64,000 nt of DNA from Azolla caroliniana (Eukaryota > Plantae > Polypodiophyta). Both the position numbers and the translations under genes were made by a program. The DNA lies in assembly GCA_043228905.1 (NCBI GenBank), contig JBHGNT010000021.1, positions 10,912,001 to 10,976,000 of the forward strand, in the 5' to 3' direction. The notes under the pieces were generated by a model. It was not told the origin of the DNA. It made no database searches and was given only the letters and a program-made list of their open reading frames with translations. Positions 38,776 through 50,145 of the stretch are shown one piece after another; position 1 is the first letter of the stretch, and every line of letters begins with the position of its first letter.

Positions 38776-39858
38776 GGTCGTGAAGATCTGTCACTACGTG
38801 CGGATCGTGAGGTGGAACCACTGGGGTCCTGGACCGGAAGGATTCGAAGTTTGGACTAACTTTAGCGAGAAAGTATTTAAGATAGATTGAGAGAGATTGA
38901 TATGACGAAAGACAGATATTGAGATAAAGATTAAACTTTTAACTTTTAGATTTAAGAGAGAAGATACAACAATAGGATTACAAGTTTCTTATTTTTCCCA
39001 AAATTTTCATTAGTTTCTTCTTGCTTGATTGCTCCACTCTTTTATAGATGCCCCCATGCATATGGTGCATGTGAGGGTGCAAGACATGCACGTAATGCAT
39101 GAAATGCATGTTTGCCATGTCATCATCTAAGCTCTCATGTATGAGAATTTACATGTAAAATGATCAAAGTAAAACTTTTGAAGATATGACTTGGCTTAGT
39201 GGTAAGCTTATTGACTTTCAACTTGGAGGTGCAAGGTTCAAGCCTTGCTCACACTTTTAAAACACAAAATACTACTAGGCTTTTGGTCTTGTATTTACAC
39301 CGAAAATCTTCAAAACACCATGCACCACGATCAACCAACCGATCCGTCTATCCGGTCCCGTCTGTCTTGACCAGTTCAATCTGATCCCGATCTGATCCTA
39401 TCCATCACCATTGCCATCCGGTCTCGGTCTCAGTCGCCGCCTCGCCACCTCCGTCCTTTACAAGTAGTTAGGCCACACCCATTCATCCGGTTAGTTTAGC
39501 TCAAGTCACCTTGAACATTCTATGATCCACTCATAGACACAAAGTAATAGATTTTGGCCTTGCTTACATACTCTGGGATCCTTATTTGTCTTGTCTATAT
39601 GGGATATCTCGTAGTTTGGTTTTTTCTCTTCTTCTTCGCAAACTTCATACCCACATAACTTGCTAGTTAGTTGTATGTTTCTTATGTGGTAAAGTGTATT
39701 CGAAAGCTCTTGAAGACCTCCATCTTTTTGTACTAAGATATTAAACTAGTATAAAATAGTATCTTCACTATTATTGTTTTATGTTGTGTGTGAAGAAACA
39801 CACTCGATTTTGTACATTCCATTCAATTTTCACACCGTTGGCAAAAATCTTTACGACA
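38776..39858 (-). mobile_element. Solo LTR of the tRNA-Trp gypsy family
   Basis: Start matches the gypsy A LTR tip (GTCGTGAA...GTGCGGATCGTGA..GGAACC); 39500-39800 resembles 26403-26700; ends TTACGACA; flanks ACGT/ACGC. Confidence 0.8.
39192..39258 (+). other. tRNA-like Pol III module in the solo LTR
   Basis: A box TGGCTTAGTGG (39192-39202); B box GGTTCAAGCC (39235-39244) in hairpin GCAAGG/CCTTGC; TTTT at 39255-39258. Confidence 0.65.
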
Positions 39859-41944
39859 ACGCCCTCACCTAAACTCGACTTGAATGTCACCAAAGTCTTG
39901 TTAATCATCAGCTTGAGTTAGAAATCCAAACAAATGGAGTACTTTGAGCACGAACGCAGACGAAGCTCCCGCAACAGCACAAAAACTCTAATAACGACAT
40001 TGCACCTTCCGAGCACCAACACATGACCATTTCGATCATCGTCTAGGTATCTATCAGTTACACATTACATGTCTAGGTATCTTCTTCTTTTTTCCTTTCT
40101 GATAACTGTACTTGTCTTCCATGTTCATCTTTTATAAAAAATGATTAGGGCAAAGTCGTTGGAGTCCTAGACAAGGATGTCTCAAAGATCAAGGTGTAGG
40201 AACAAGTGTGTTTCTGATTGACAAAAATTCTCATTAGGGATGATTTCATACATATTTCATATTAGGGTTTATGATTTCTTTAAGCAGTTGATTTCTAATT
40301 AGGGTTTTTTTTAGGGTTTCTGATTAAGGTTTCTGATTAGGGTTTATGATTTCTTTAAGAGATTCATTTCTAATTATGGTTCAAATTTTCAGATTTAAGG
40401 TTGAAATTTTGCATCAATTCCAATTTCTGATTTCAATGGTTGTTTGTCTGCAAACTTCCCCCAAACTTGGTTTAGGATTTTGATGCATGTGTTTGATTTT
40501 TTATTTTTGGTTCTTCCTTACTAATTATGATTCTAAATACACATGTCCCAACAAAGCAAAGGTAACATGTGTTGATTTTTTATTTCATGTCGCTCTTTCC
40601 CCGTATCCCAGAGTCCTGAACTTTGGAAAGTTTTGCGAGACAAATGAGAACTTTAACAAATATATGGTCTTTCACTGGAGCGTATTGACCTTGCTACTCT
40701 ATCAGATAAATTGATTCCAGTGATGTAGACTACTTATGTGTCTTTAAAGTGCCTAGAGTGAAGGGCAAGGTGAAGCGGGATCATGTATGACCGGAGTTGT
40801 ATGACTACTGCATGAGGCTCCACCAGAAAGTACATCAAGAGATCCCGGTGAACAACGAGTTGTCCGTTGTATTCGCCAGAGCTTTTGCATACGAGTATTG
40901 CAAAACAGCAAAGGAAGCAACAGACCCTGAAATGTAAAGGGTAGCTTGGGCTCTTGCAAGTGAGGCGTCGGTAGAACGATGTCGAAAGATGGGTAGCTTG
41001 CAACAAAAGATGGCAAGATTCTGGAGCACGGTAGTTGATAATGCAAATGCCGACTCCCAGCAAACCCGTAAATATACACCACACCAAAACACAATGAAAG
41101 CCAATGTCGATGATACAAGTGAGACATTGATTACCTACATGCTGAAAAATGTCCATGAAGCCCATGAGACATTGGAGGCAACAAAGATTGCTTTAGAGAA
41201 AGCAACATTGGTTGCTCCAATGGAAAGCAAAGTCACTTTGGCAATGACAACAATCAAAAATAAAATTCAAGTAGCGCTATTGTTTTGCTAGTATGTAACA
41301 TGTTATAAATAACTTGTACATGAAAATGTGCTCAATGAGGCATTATCTGGAATAGGTTTCTAAACATGAGCTCGAAATTGAGGGGCCATGGAATCCCCAA
41401 TGGAAAATATAGTTGTAGACGAAGATTCAAGTTCTTTCAATGAACTTGGATCTTCTAGGTGTAAATAATATTGTTGATAACAATTTGGCGAACCTTCAAG
41501 TAAGTTAATGATTCTTGTTTCTTGGTCTTCTATCTTCCTCATTAAGGAATGATAAATCGGTAAATTTTTCGGTGGCGTTGTAGGAACAATACTCTCGTCA
41601 AGAACAAGTAGTTAGTTGTCATACGAAGCAACTACATTTTGTGGAGGGGATGGTAAGGAGTAAACAAGAATTGCACCTCAACATTCTTTATCCCTTACCA
41701 AACGTGGGAGAATCAGGCAACAATATATTGATTGTTCAAGCATGTTGCATCACCTGCGGCTTAGGCGTAGAGGACAAAATTGCTACCCTGCTAGTACACC
41801 TACGATCATGACAACACACATACCATATCGTTTGTTTTGCATATGCTTGTTGTACTATTGCAATATGTTTGGGGGATTGCAATACAACTCTCCCTGATGA
41901 GTGGAGAAAATAGAAGGGGTAAATTTGTTGATTGTCTCTATTGA

Positions 41945-43210
41945 GTAGTATAAAGTGTGGTAGTTAATTAGCTATTGGCATTCAGTGTTGTAGTAACTAA
42001 TTAGCTACAACGTAGGTAATTAGCTAAGCATTATAAAGTGTAGTAGCTAATTAACTAAGCAGTATAAAATATGGTAGCTAATTAGCTATTGTGGTTTTGT
42101 ACTGAAGTAGCTATTTAGTTACAACTTAGCTAATTAGCTAAGCAGTATAAAGTGTAGTAGATAAATAGTTATTCTGGTTCTGTAAGGAAGAAGCTAATTA
42201 CCTACAATGTAGCTAACTAGCTAAGTAGTATAAAGTGTAGTACCTAATTACCTAAGCCATATAAAGTGTGGTAGGTAATTAACTATTGTGGTTCAGTCGT
42301 GTAGTAGCTAATTACCTATGTTGTAGCTAATTAGCTAAGAAGTATAAAGAGTAGTAGCTAATTAGTTAAGCAATATAACATGTGGTAGCTTATTAGTTAT
42401 TGTGGTTTTGTAGTAGACTAGCTAAGTAGCCAATCTATAGTGTCGTAGGTAATTAACTAGGTTGTAGCTAATTAGCTAAGCAATATCAAGAGTCGTTTAG
42501 TTAATTAGCTACTATCATACTCAAGTATAGTAACTAATTTATTGAGATGTAGCTAATTAGTTATTGCCAATCTATAGTGTAGTAGCTAATTAACTACAAT
42601 TTAGTCAATTAGCAAAGCAGTATCAAGAGTGGTAGCTAATTAGCTACTGCCATACTTAACGATAGTAGCTAATTAGCTACTACCAATCTATATTGTCGCA
42701 ACTAATTAGCTACATTGTAGCTAATTAGCTAAGTAGTATCAAGAGTGGTAGCTAAAAACCTATTGCCATACTTAAGTATACTCGCTAATTAGCTAAGGTG
42801 TAGCTAATTAGCTATTGTTAGTCTATAGTGCAGCAACTAATTAGCTAAGAAGTATCAAGAGTCGTATCTAATTAGCTATTGCCATACTTAAGTATATTAG
42901 CTAATTAGCTAAGCAGTATCAAGAGTGGTAGTTAATTAGCTACTGCCATACTTAAGTATTGTAGCTAATTAGCTACAGTCAATCTATACCGTAGGAGCTA
43001 AGCAGTATCGAGGGTCGTTTGGCTATTTAGCTACTTCCATACTTAAGTATAGTAGCTTATTAGCTAAGATGTAGCTAATTAGCTACTGCCAATCTATAGT
43101 ATAGTAGGTAAATAGCTAAGTTGTAGCTAATTAGCTAAGTGGTATCAAGAGTCGTTGCTAATTAGCTACCGCCAATCTATAGTCTAGTTACTGCCAATGT
43201 TTAGTTGTCA
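41945..43210. repeat. Second TAGCTAATTAGCTA-type minisatellite (Sola2-like copy B)
   Basis: Same palindromic core as 35131-35980 with different spacer motifs. Confidence 0.92.
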
Positions 43211-43350
43211 GCTAAGGTGGTAGAAAAGCACAAGTGTAGTGGATAAATAACTTCAAGAGTTATAGCTACACATAATACTAAAAAGGGGTAGCTAAAGAGA
43301 AGCCGCTAATTAGCTGACATGTTGTTGTAGAATCTCGTGGATTAAGGGGG

Positions 43351-44774
43351 TTGCATGAGGTGTCCAGTGCCGATGACGCCGCAACCGATGAGGAGATAGC
43401 TGGCAACGTGGCTGAAAGTAAGAGTCCTACTATCACATCTCCTTCAGATCAGCTCCACGTTATTCTTTTGGAAGATTGCACTGAATTAGGCAACGTTGTC
43501 AAAAGCCAAGAAATATTGGACCCAACATGTAAATTTGAGGTTCATAACAACAATGTTGAACACTTGATGCAACATTTCTTCGAATCCCAGAACCTTGATT
43601 CAACCCCACCGAACCCAATTGCTAATGAAGTCTCACCATATCCCACTCTACTTGAACAACTAGCACAAGACACAGCTGATGTGCAAGCCCTTGTTGAGGC
43701 AATGGAAAGGTTGTCAAAGGAGGACACACTTGCGCAATGGGTGAAAGAAGCAAGGCTAAATGGGCAACCTTTTAGAAAAATGCTGAAGAAGGGGACAAGA
43801 TTGGGGACAAGACCAGTTACTCGGTCAAGGGGCTCTTGAATTACTGATTAGTGGGATATGACTATTAGCTATTTTCCTAAAAAATTATGAAGTTTTTCTA
43901 TGATCTATTTGGACAAGTAAAACCTCATATTGGTTGTTGCTTGATCCACGATATATAATGGAACTCTATGATGGATATTAAGATAATATTATTATTTTGT
44001 TGCAGAATATTTCATGTTCAGTATGTTGTTTTGTGATATTGTTAGCGACTTTGTGAGCGTGAATATGTTGGTGTTTTTTGATGTTGTAGAGTCTTAACAG
44101 GTCTGAACCTATTGTTTCGAAGGCCGATGGTAGTTTGGAAACTGTTGATGTTGTTGCATGTTTAGAGGGCCCCATCGTGAACGTAGATGTAGTTACTGAC
44201 ACAGATGACCTAATCACGCAAGTAGATAAAGCATGTTTCACAGATGCCCTGGTCACGCAAGTAGATCAAGAATGTTGCACAAATGATCTGATTTTTCAAG
44301 TAGATGCATCATGTGATACGAGTGGACTGATATGGAAATCAGAAGTATCTACATGCACAAAGCCATGCCCCACGACTACACAAGAGGAAAACATTGTGAA
44401 GCTAGACCCAACGACACAACCGACCAAGGGTTTGAAGAGGAAAAGGACACCAATTGTGTCGACAAAACCTGAGTTGATTGAAATTGATCGTGTGCTACCA
44501 ATACTTGGTGTAACAGGGTCTTAGTTGTAGGAATGGAAACCTAAACCATTAGAAGACAAAAGAAGAGCCTTGATCAATTTCTAGAGTGGTTGTGCAATAC
44601 TTTGATTTGTTTATTTGGAGTGAAAAACCACGTACAGATATGTGGAAGTGTGTAGAAAGATTCTTCCCAAAGTGGCGGCAACATTTCAAGGGTCAGTGGA
44701 CACGAGAAAAATGTGAGCAGAAGGATATTGCAAGATTCAAAAGACTTTCTGATTTTTGGGATACCTGGCCGTAA
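43351..44774 (+). pseudogene. Second gene of the Sola2-like element, copy B (fragments 43351-43839, 44135-44524, 44586-44774; possibly also 40989-41291)
   Basis: 43225-44095 is an inverted homolog of 37700-38540; contains a basic KRKR stretch and a Trp-rich C-terminal piece. Confidence 0.55.
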
Positions 44775-45319
44775 TATAATGCCGACAATACGTTGATTGT
44801 GGATACAAAACATTTCCGACATTACTTCAACCCTCACAAATGTTGTCTCATTGTACCTGAGGAAATGTCTGATAATTACTTCATGAAAACATTGAGTTGC
44901 CAACTAACTACATGGTTGTGAACTCTATACTGAGCTCGGTATGTAGATCACACATATGTAGAGAAGTTCCGCTAACCAGTAAAAACTGAGTTGTTTATAG
45001 GCACTTTGTAGACATTGCCAATGGTGTATTATAAATATGTAATTTGATGACAATTTAATCAATGAATAATTAAATCGCTTGTTTTGAGTCAATTATCTAC
45101 TGTGTAATTTTAAAATAGGTCATTGATTTCTAATTTCATGTTGTTGCTTGTTCTCATAATGACAAACTATTTGAACTTGTACGTGGTTCACTTAAGAGTA
45201 AAAAAACCATTGTCAAAATGTATTCCAGACAGTATAATCTTCATTATGCACATTGAACAGACACTAAAACTTAAAGTTACAATAAGTAAAACTATCAGTC
45301 AATACACATTTAATAAACA

Positions 45320-45645
45320 CGATTTTATTAAGAAACAAGAACAAAAAGAAGACTCCCAAACGGTTTTATTAAACTATTCTTTTGTAAAACAACTACTTTG
45401 TCCACTTTACAAGAAAATTGGTATGACCTCCTTGTAACTACAAATTCCATGGCATACTGTTGTAAATACATTCATACACATTAGCACTAATTGTGTATAA
45501 ATCTGACCAACTATTGTATGCAACATCGGGACGTTGATGCCCCTGACCAAATGAGAGTACATGTACGCTATTGGTTTGTCTTCTAAAAGCCTATACACAT
45601 AATCGTAATCATCTAGTCTTGCATAAAAATTACCTTCGATGTAGT
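45320..45645 (-). pseudogene. 3' end of the Sola2-like transposase, copy B (truncated)
   Basis: Inverted homolog of about 37303-37650 (YIEG.F.ARL.DYDY.YR.LEDKP.AYMYSHLV). Confidence 0.8.
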
Positions 45646-46688
45646 AAGTATTGAACCAAACAATGATCAATCAAAGTTTTCTTCTTAACCTGTGATTTTA
45701 AAAAAGTACCAATCTTGCATTTGCCTAGAATATAAACTTACGCACATTTAAATGTCTAGAATAAGTTAATTTGTAAAAAGAATTAGAAAATCTTGAATAC
45801 AAGGATCAATAGGGTCATTGTATGTGCAATTTTTACTAATCAACTATACCCTTTGGAACTTGCACATATGGGTTGCTCTAACATTGGGGTTGCATCCTAA
45901 AATGTGGCATCCCACTCTGCTATCTAATGAAATAATATTAAGAATAAATTGAGCTCACTTTTTTTTTGTCTTGGAAGTTTCATGTTAACGAACATCCATA
46001 ATGTTGTTAACCTAGCAAATAGATTGTTTAACATGTTTTAGAAAAATAGCCATGTTCTCATTCTGTAGCATCACATTTGCTTCATTAATCACAAACTTTT
46101 TTAGATTGATGAAGCAAATGTTATTATGATGCCATAATGATGTGCTTTAAAATGATTTTATTGCCATGAAGATAATATATATGTCCTTTCATGTACTGAA
46201 AATCTTTTATGGTCATAACATTGCACAACAAACCTTGGAAAAAGTCATGGTAGAACCAAGATTGCATTAGCAATGTGATTGCTAGGACAAGGCACAAAAT
46301 AGTTCACATATCAGATGGACAATAATATTGGACCATGCAAAAGGTAACGTTGAATCTCAAGCCAACCAACACATCATTAACTTTGAATATGAGTAGTGAT
46401 CGAACATTCCACCAGTATGCAAGTCCCAAATCCAATTTTACTTTGTCTTGTGCATTATGGAGTGGTGTTTGTCTCGATGTTATTTCCTTGTAAACAAGAC
46501 TCATAAAGAGACAAAGCATTTACAGTTAAATAATGAGTTACTCCAGAAGCATTCATTATTGATGAAGATAGTTCCAGCTAACAGCATCAAATATTTAACA
46601 AAACACAATCATCAGCTGTACTAAGCATGCATGCATGCATTACATCTCATTGGCAATATAGGTATCTATGCATATGTAAATCAGCCTA

Positions 46689-49170
46689 TCAAAAGAGCAC
46701 CTCAGTCCCAAGCAGAGCCATGAGCTGAGATATGAGTTGTGGGTGTGCAGGCCATGCAGCTCCAGTCACAAGATTCCCATCTGTGAAGCATTTGGAAATA
46801 GGATGGGGCTCCATCCACACTGCCCCAGCCGCTATGACTTGGGGTTTCACTGCTGGATATGCAGTGCAGTTCTTGCCCTGTAAACACTTCCGATTTTTAG
46901 TGCATTCTCTTACACAAACTTTATGTTGGAGTTCTCAATTTCTTTTTTTACCTTCAATACTCCAGCAGCAGCCAATATCTGCTGCCCGTGACAAATAGAA
47001 GCGATTGGCTTATTTGACTTTGCAAACCACCTCACAATATCTAAAACACTCTCATTTAAGGATAAATATTCTGGTGCTCTGCCCCCAGGAATAACTAGAG
47101 CATCATAATCATCAGCTTTCACTTCATCAAAGTCTGCTGTCAGTGTGAAGTTATGGCCCGGTTTCTCACTGTATGTTTGTGCACCTTCAAAATCATGTAT
47201 GGCTGTAGGACACGTCTCGCCTACTTTCTTTCCTGGACAAATAGCATCGACACAGTAGCCTAGACCTTGCAATGCTTGAAAGGGGACCATTACCTCATAG
47301 TCCTCCATGAAGTCCTGCAAATCGGAGATCATAGTCAGATAATATACCAATAAAGATTTAAGCAAGGGATAGTGTGGAAGACTATCTTTGACAGTGTCCA
47401 TAGTCTGTCTGGTCTTCAAGGGAGTTTGTAGGTAGGATAAAGCATTTACCCCACAAATGAAGAGAACCTTCTTATCTGCATTTGATATCTTTGCCCCAAG
47501 AGACTTTAAGGAAAGGCTGAGAAATTGAGGGTGTCCAGGCCATGCAGCACCAGTGATCAGCTGCCCATCAGCAAAACATGATGTTATAGGCTTCGGCTCT
47601 AGCCAAATACCCCCAGCAGCATCTATGGACGGCTTCACAGCAGGATAGGCTGTGCATTTCTTTCCTTTTAGCAGGCCTGCTGATGCCAGGATTAATTGCC
47701 CGTGACAAATGGATGCGATGGGTCTGTCAAGTGATGCAAATGCCTTGACGAGGTTGACCACCGCATCATTTATGGATAGATATTCGGGAGCTCTTCCACC
47801 CGGTATCACCAGAATATCATAATTTCTCACATCAACGTCCTCAAATGTAGCCGTCAAAGCAAAATTGTGTCCAGGGGTCTCACTGTATGTCTGCATATTA
47901 GAAGTCAACCATCAATCATTAGAGAAAGACATACTACGATGTATACCATCACCATAATCATGAGCATCAGAGGAATTACCTGATGCCCAAGAAAATCATG
48001 GACAGCTGTTTTACATAAATCCCCTGCCTTCTTAGCCGGGCATATAGAATCAACTCTCAAACCATATGCTTGCAGAGCTTGAAAAGGTACCATTACCTGA
48101 AAGGAGTCAAGATAGACCATATAATTAGACTAGAGAGGGTGATCGAGCCAAGGCATTCTCTTGAGGTTCTAGGGTAATGTGATGCAGGTCCTTAGGATTG
48201 GTCTTACTGAACAGGAGGTGCAAGCAATAATGCGATGCAGTGTTAACGACAGGAAGATCTAGAACATTATATATGTATATGTGTTGAAGCATGGTAACGG
48301 GAGCATTGATCGTGGATTACCTCACATCATATTAATTTACAATACAAACGGAACGTTTATCACTTGTTATTAATTGAAAACTTTATTGAGCATTAAGAAA
48401 GTGAGTACGCATAATATGGTGGAGTTAAGGATCTTAGAATGTATTGACCACATTGATTATCTCTAGAACCATGCTTTTCTTTGTTTTTCACCTTTTTTTC
48501 TGTTTATGTTCTCTTTTCTTCTTTCTTCTAGGACAAAAAGGCTGTAAATTCCCCTTACAAAGGGCAATCAGAAATTGACATGTTTCCTAATTCTGAAGAA
48601 CGTACAAATGTAGTCTCCATACCACTTCAAGGATGGATTCATAATTTTTAAAGTTTTAAATCATATTCCTCCCAAATCCTATAGATGAGGTAATGTTCTT
48701 CAAGGTCCAGATTATCTTTATCATAATTTTGTTCCAGAATGAATAACGTGCCTTGGAATTAAGCAAAGAGAATGACAGCTGCTGTTTCACAACATGTCTA
48801 TGATCAAATTTCCGAATCTCTTAAATATTACTTATTTACAGAAAGGAGAGAGATATCATGTTGCATCATATATTTTCGACATAAACACTAAGCCATTCAA
48901 GTATGGGACTGACTGTATAGGCAACTATCAAATAAGAACAAGTAAACAAAAAACTAGAGTATCCAGACTTGTTAGTGATTTCCACCTTCACAGCTGCTAG
49001 CAACGTTATGCTATCTATGATGAGGGGAGGGGAGGGGAGGGGAGGGGTGTGTAGAAGAGAGGCAGACAGACAGACAGAGACAGAGACAGAGACAGAGACT
49101 AGAGACAGAGAGAAACCTCGTAATCCTCGACATAGTCCCCAACAATAAGTAGAGCCGACTTCGGTGCCAT
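46689..49170 (-). CDS. DJ1D: DJ-1/PfpI family protein with two tandem domains (DJ-1D, glyoxalase III-like), 387 aa; exons 49170-49117, 48096-47980, 47890-47450, 47314-46952, 46877-46689
   Basis: All introns are GT-AG and phase 0; the spliced CDS of 1164 nt is open; both domains keep GD(Y/F).[22 protein letters not shown] (catalytic Cys) and GAAWP.HP. Confidence 0.95.
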
Positions 49171-49489
49171 CGCTGGCCTCACTTCGTCACCTATAAGCCA
49201 CACACACACACACACACAGATGCAGAGGATGTAGTGTGGCTTTTTAAAACTAAATAAAAAAAAGCCAAACCCAAAGGAAGGAACGAAGGAAGGGAATGAA
49301 TGGATGGGATCCAATCCCCGACGTCTATATGGTCACCCAAATCATAAATAGGCCTTGGCGAGAGAACCACAGCCATGACCGGGGTCGATTTGCAGAGTCC
49401 GATCTTTTTCCAAAGAAAGCACGCCAATCAATACGCTAACAACTTCTGTTATTGGGCACCCCACCATTCAGATATCAATCGCCTCACTC

Positions 49490-49805
49490 AAACTGAGTCA
49501 CCCGACTCCACACTCTTTCGTTGCATGAGTCACATATATAGTCCCTGACTTCACACTCATCAGCACCCTACTGGTAGGCAGTCACCCGACTCAATATAAG
49601 TCTCCCCACTTCACACTCTGCAATCACCCGACCATCTCAAGCTATAACCCAACTCATAATGGTAGGCAGTCACCCGACTCAAAATAAGTCTCCGTCTCCC
49701 CACTTCACACTCTGCACCCTACTGGTAGGCAGTCACCCGACTCAAAATAAGTCTCCCCACTTCACACTCTACAATCGCCCGACCATCTCAAGCTATAACC
49801 CTACT
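49490..49805. repeat. Imperfect direct repeats in the DJ1D upstream region
   Basis: GGTAGGCAGTCACCCGACTCAA.ATAAGTCTCC...CACTTCACACTCT occurs three times (near 49572, 49660, 49724), plus a partial copy near 49497. Confidence 0.8.
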
Positions 49806-50145
49806 AATTATGGTTGCCCAACTAATTGTGGTCGTTCGACTTCTAAGTTTTGTGCAATAAAACCCTAATGCTTGTCATTTTTCACATTTTTGAAATAGAT
49901 GACTAGGGTTTTAGGAGGGAAGAGGTTTTCAGCCATCAACGTACACCTACCAACCACTTGCACTTGCACTTGCATCGCCACCTGCTTACTTGCCAGGTAT
50001 GTATTTTATTGGTTTGCGATTGCATGTTTACGGAAAATGATTTTTTTTGGTGAAAATGGTTTTGTTTGCAAACCCTGACTTTTGAATAGGGATTTTGTTT
50101 TCTTAAATGCATTACTAAAATGCTTGCATGATTTTTGAAAACGGT

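Noticed and set aside
31331-39258. Functional tRNA genes at the A/B-box sites
   Set aside because: No convincing acceptor or anticodon stems; reported only as tRNA-like modules.
40230-40400. Interstitial telomere (TTAGGGTTT motifs; also 60050-60120)
   Set aside because: The motifs are dispersed and degenerate, not a tandem TTTAGGG array; such telo-box-like tracts are common in plant introns and LTRs.
46910-47908. 332-aa single-exon DJ-1 ORF
   Set aside because: It reads through a stop-free 135-nt intron (47315-47449) and into flanking introns; the spliced five-exon model restores both domains.
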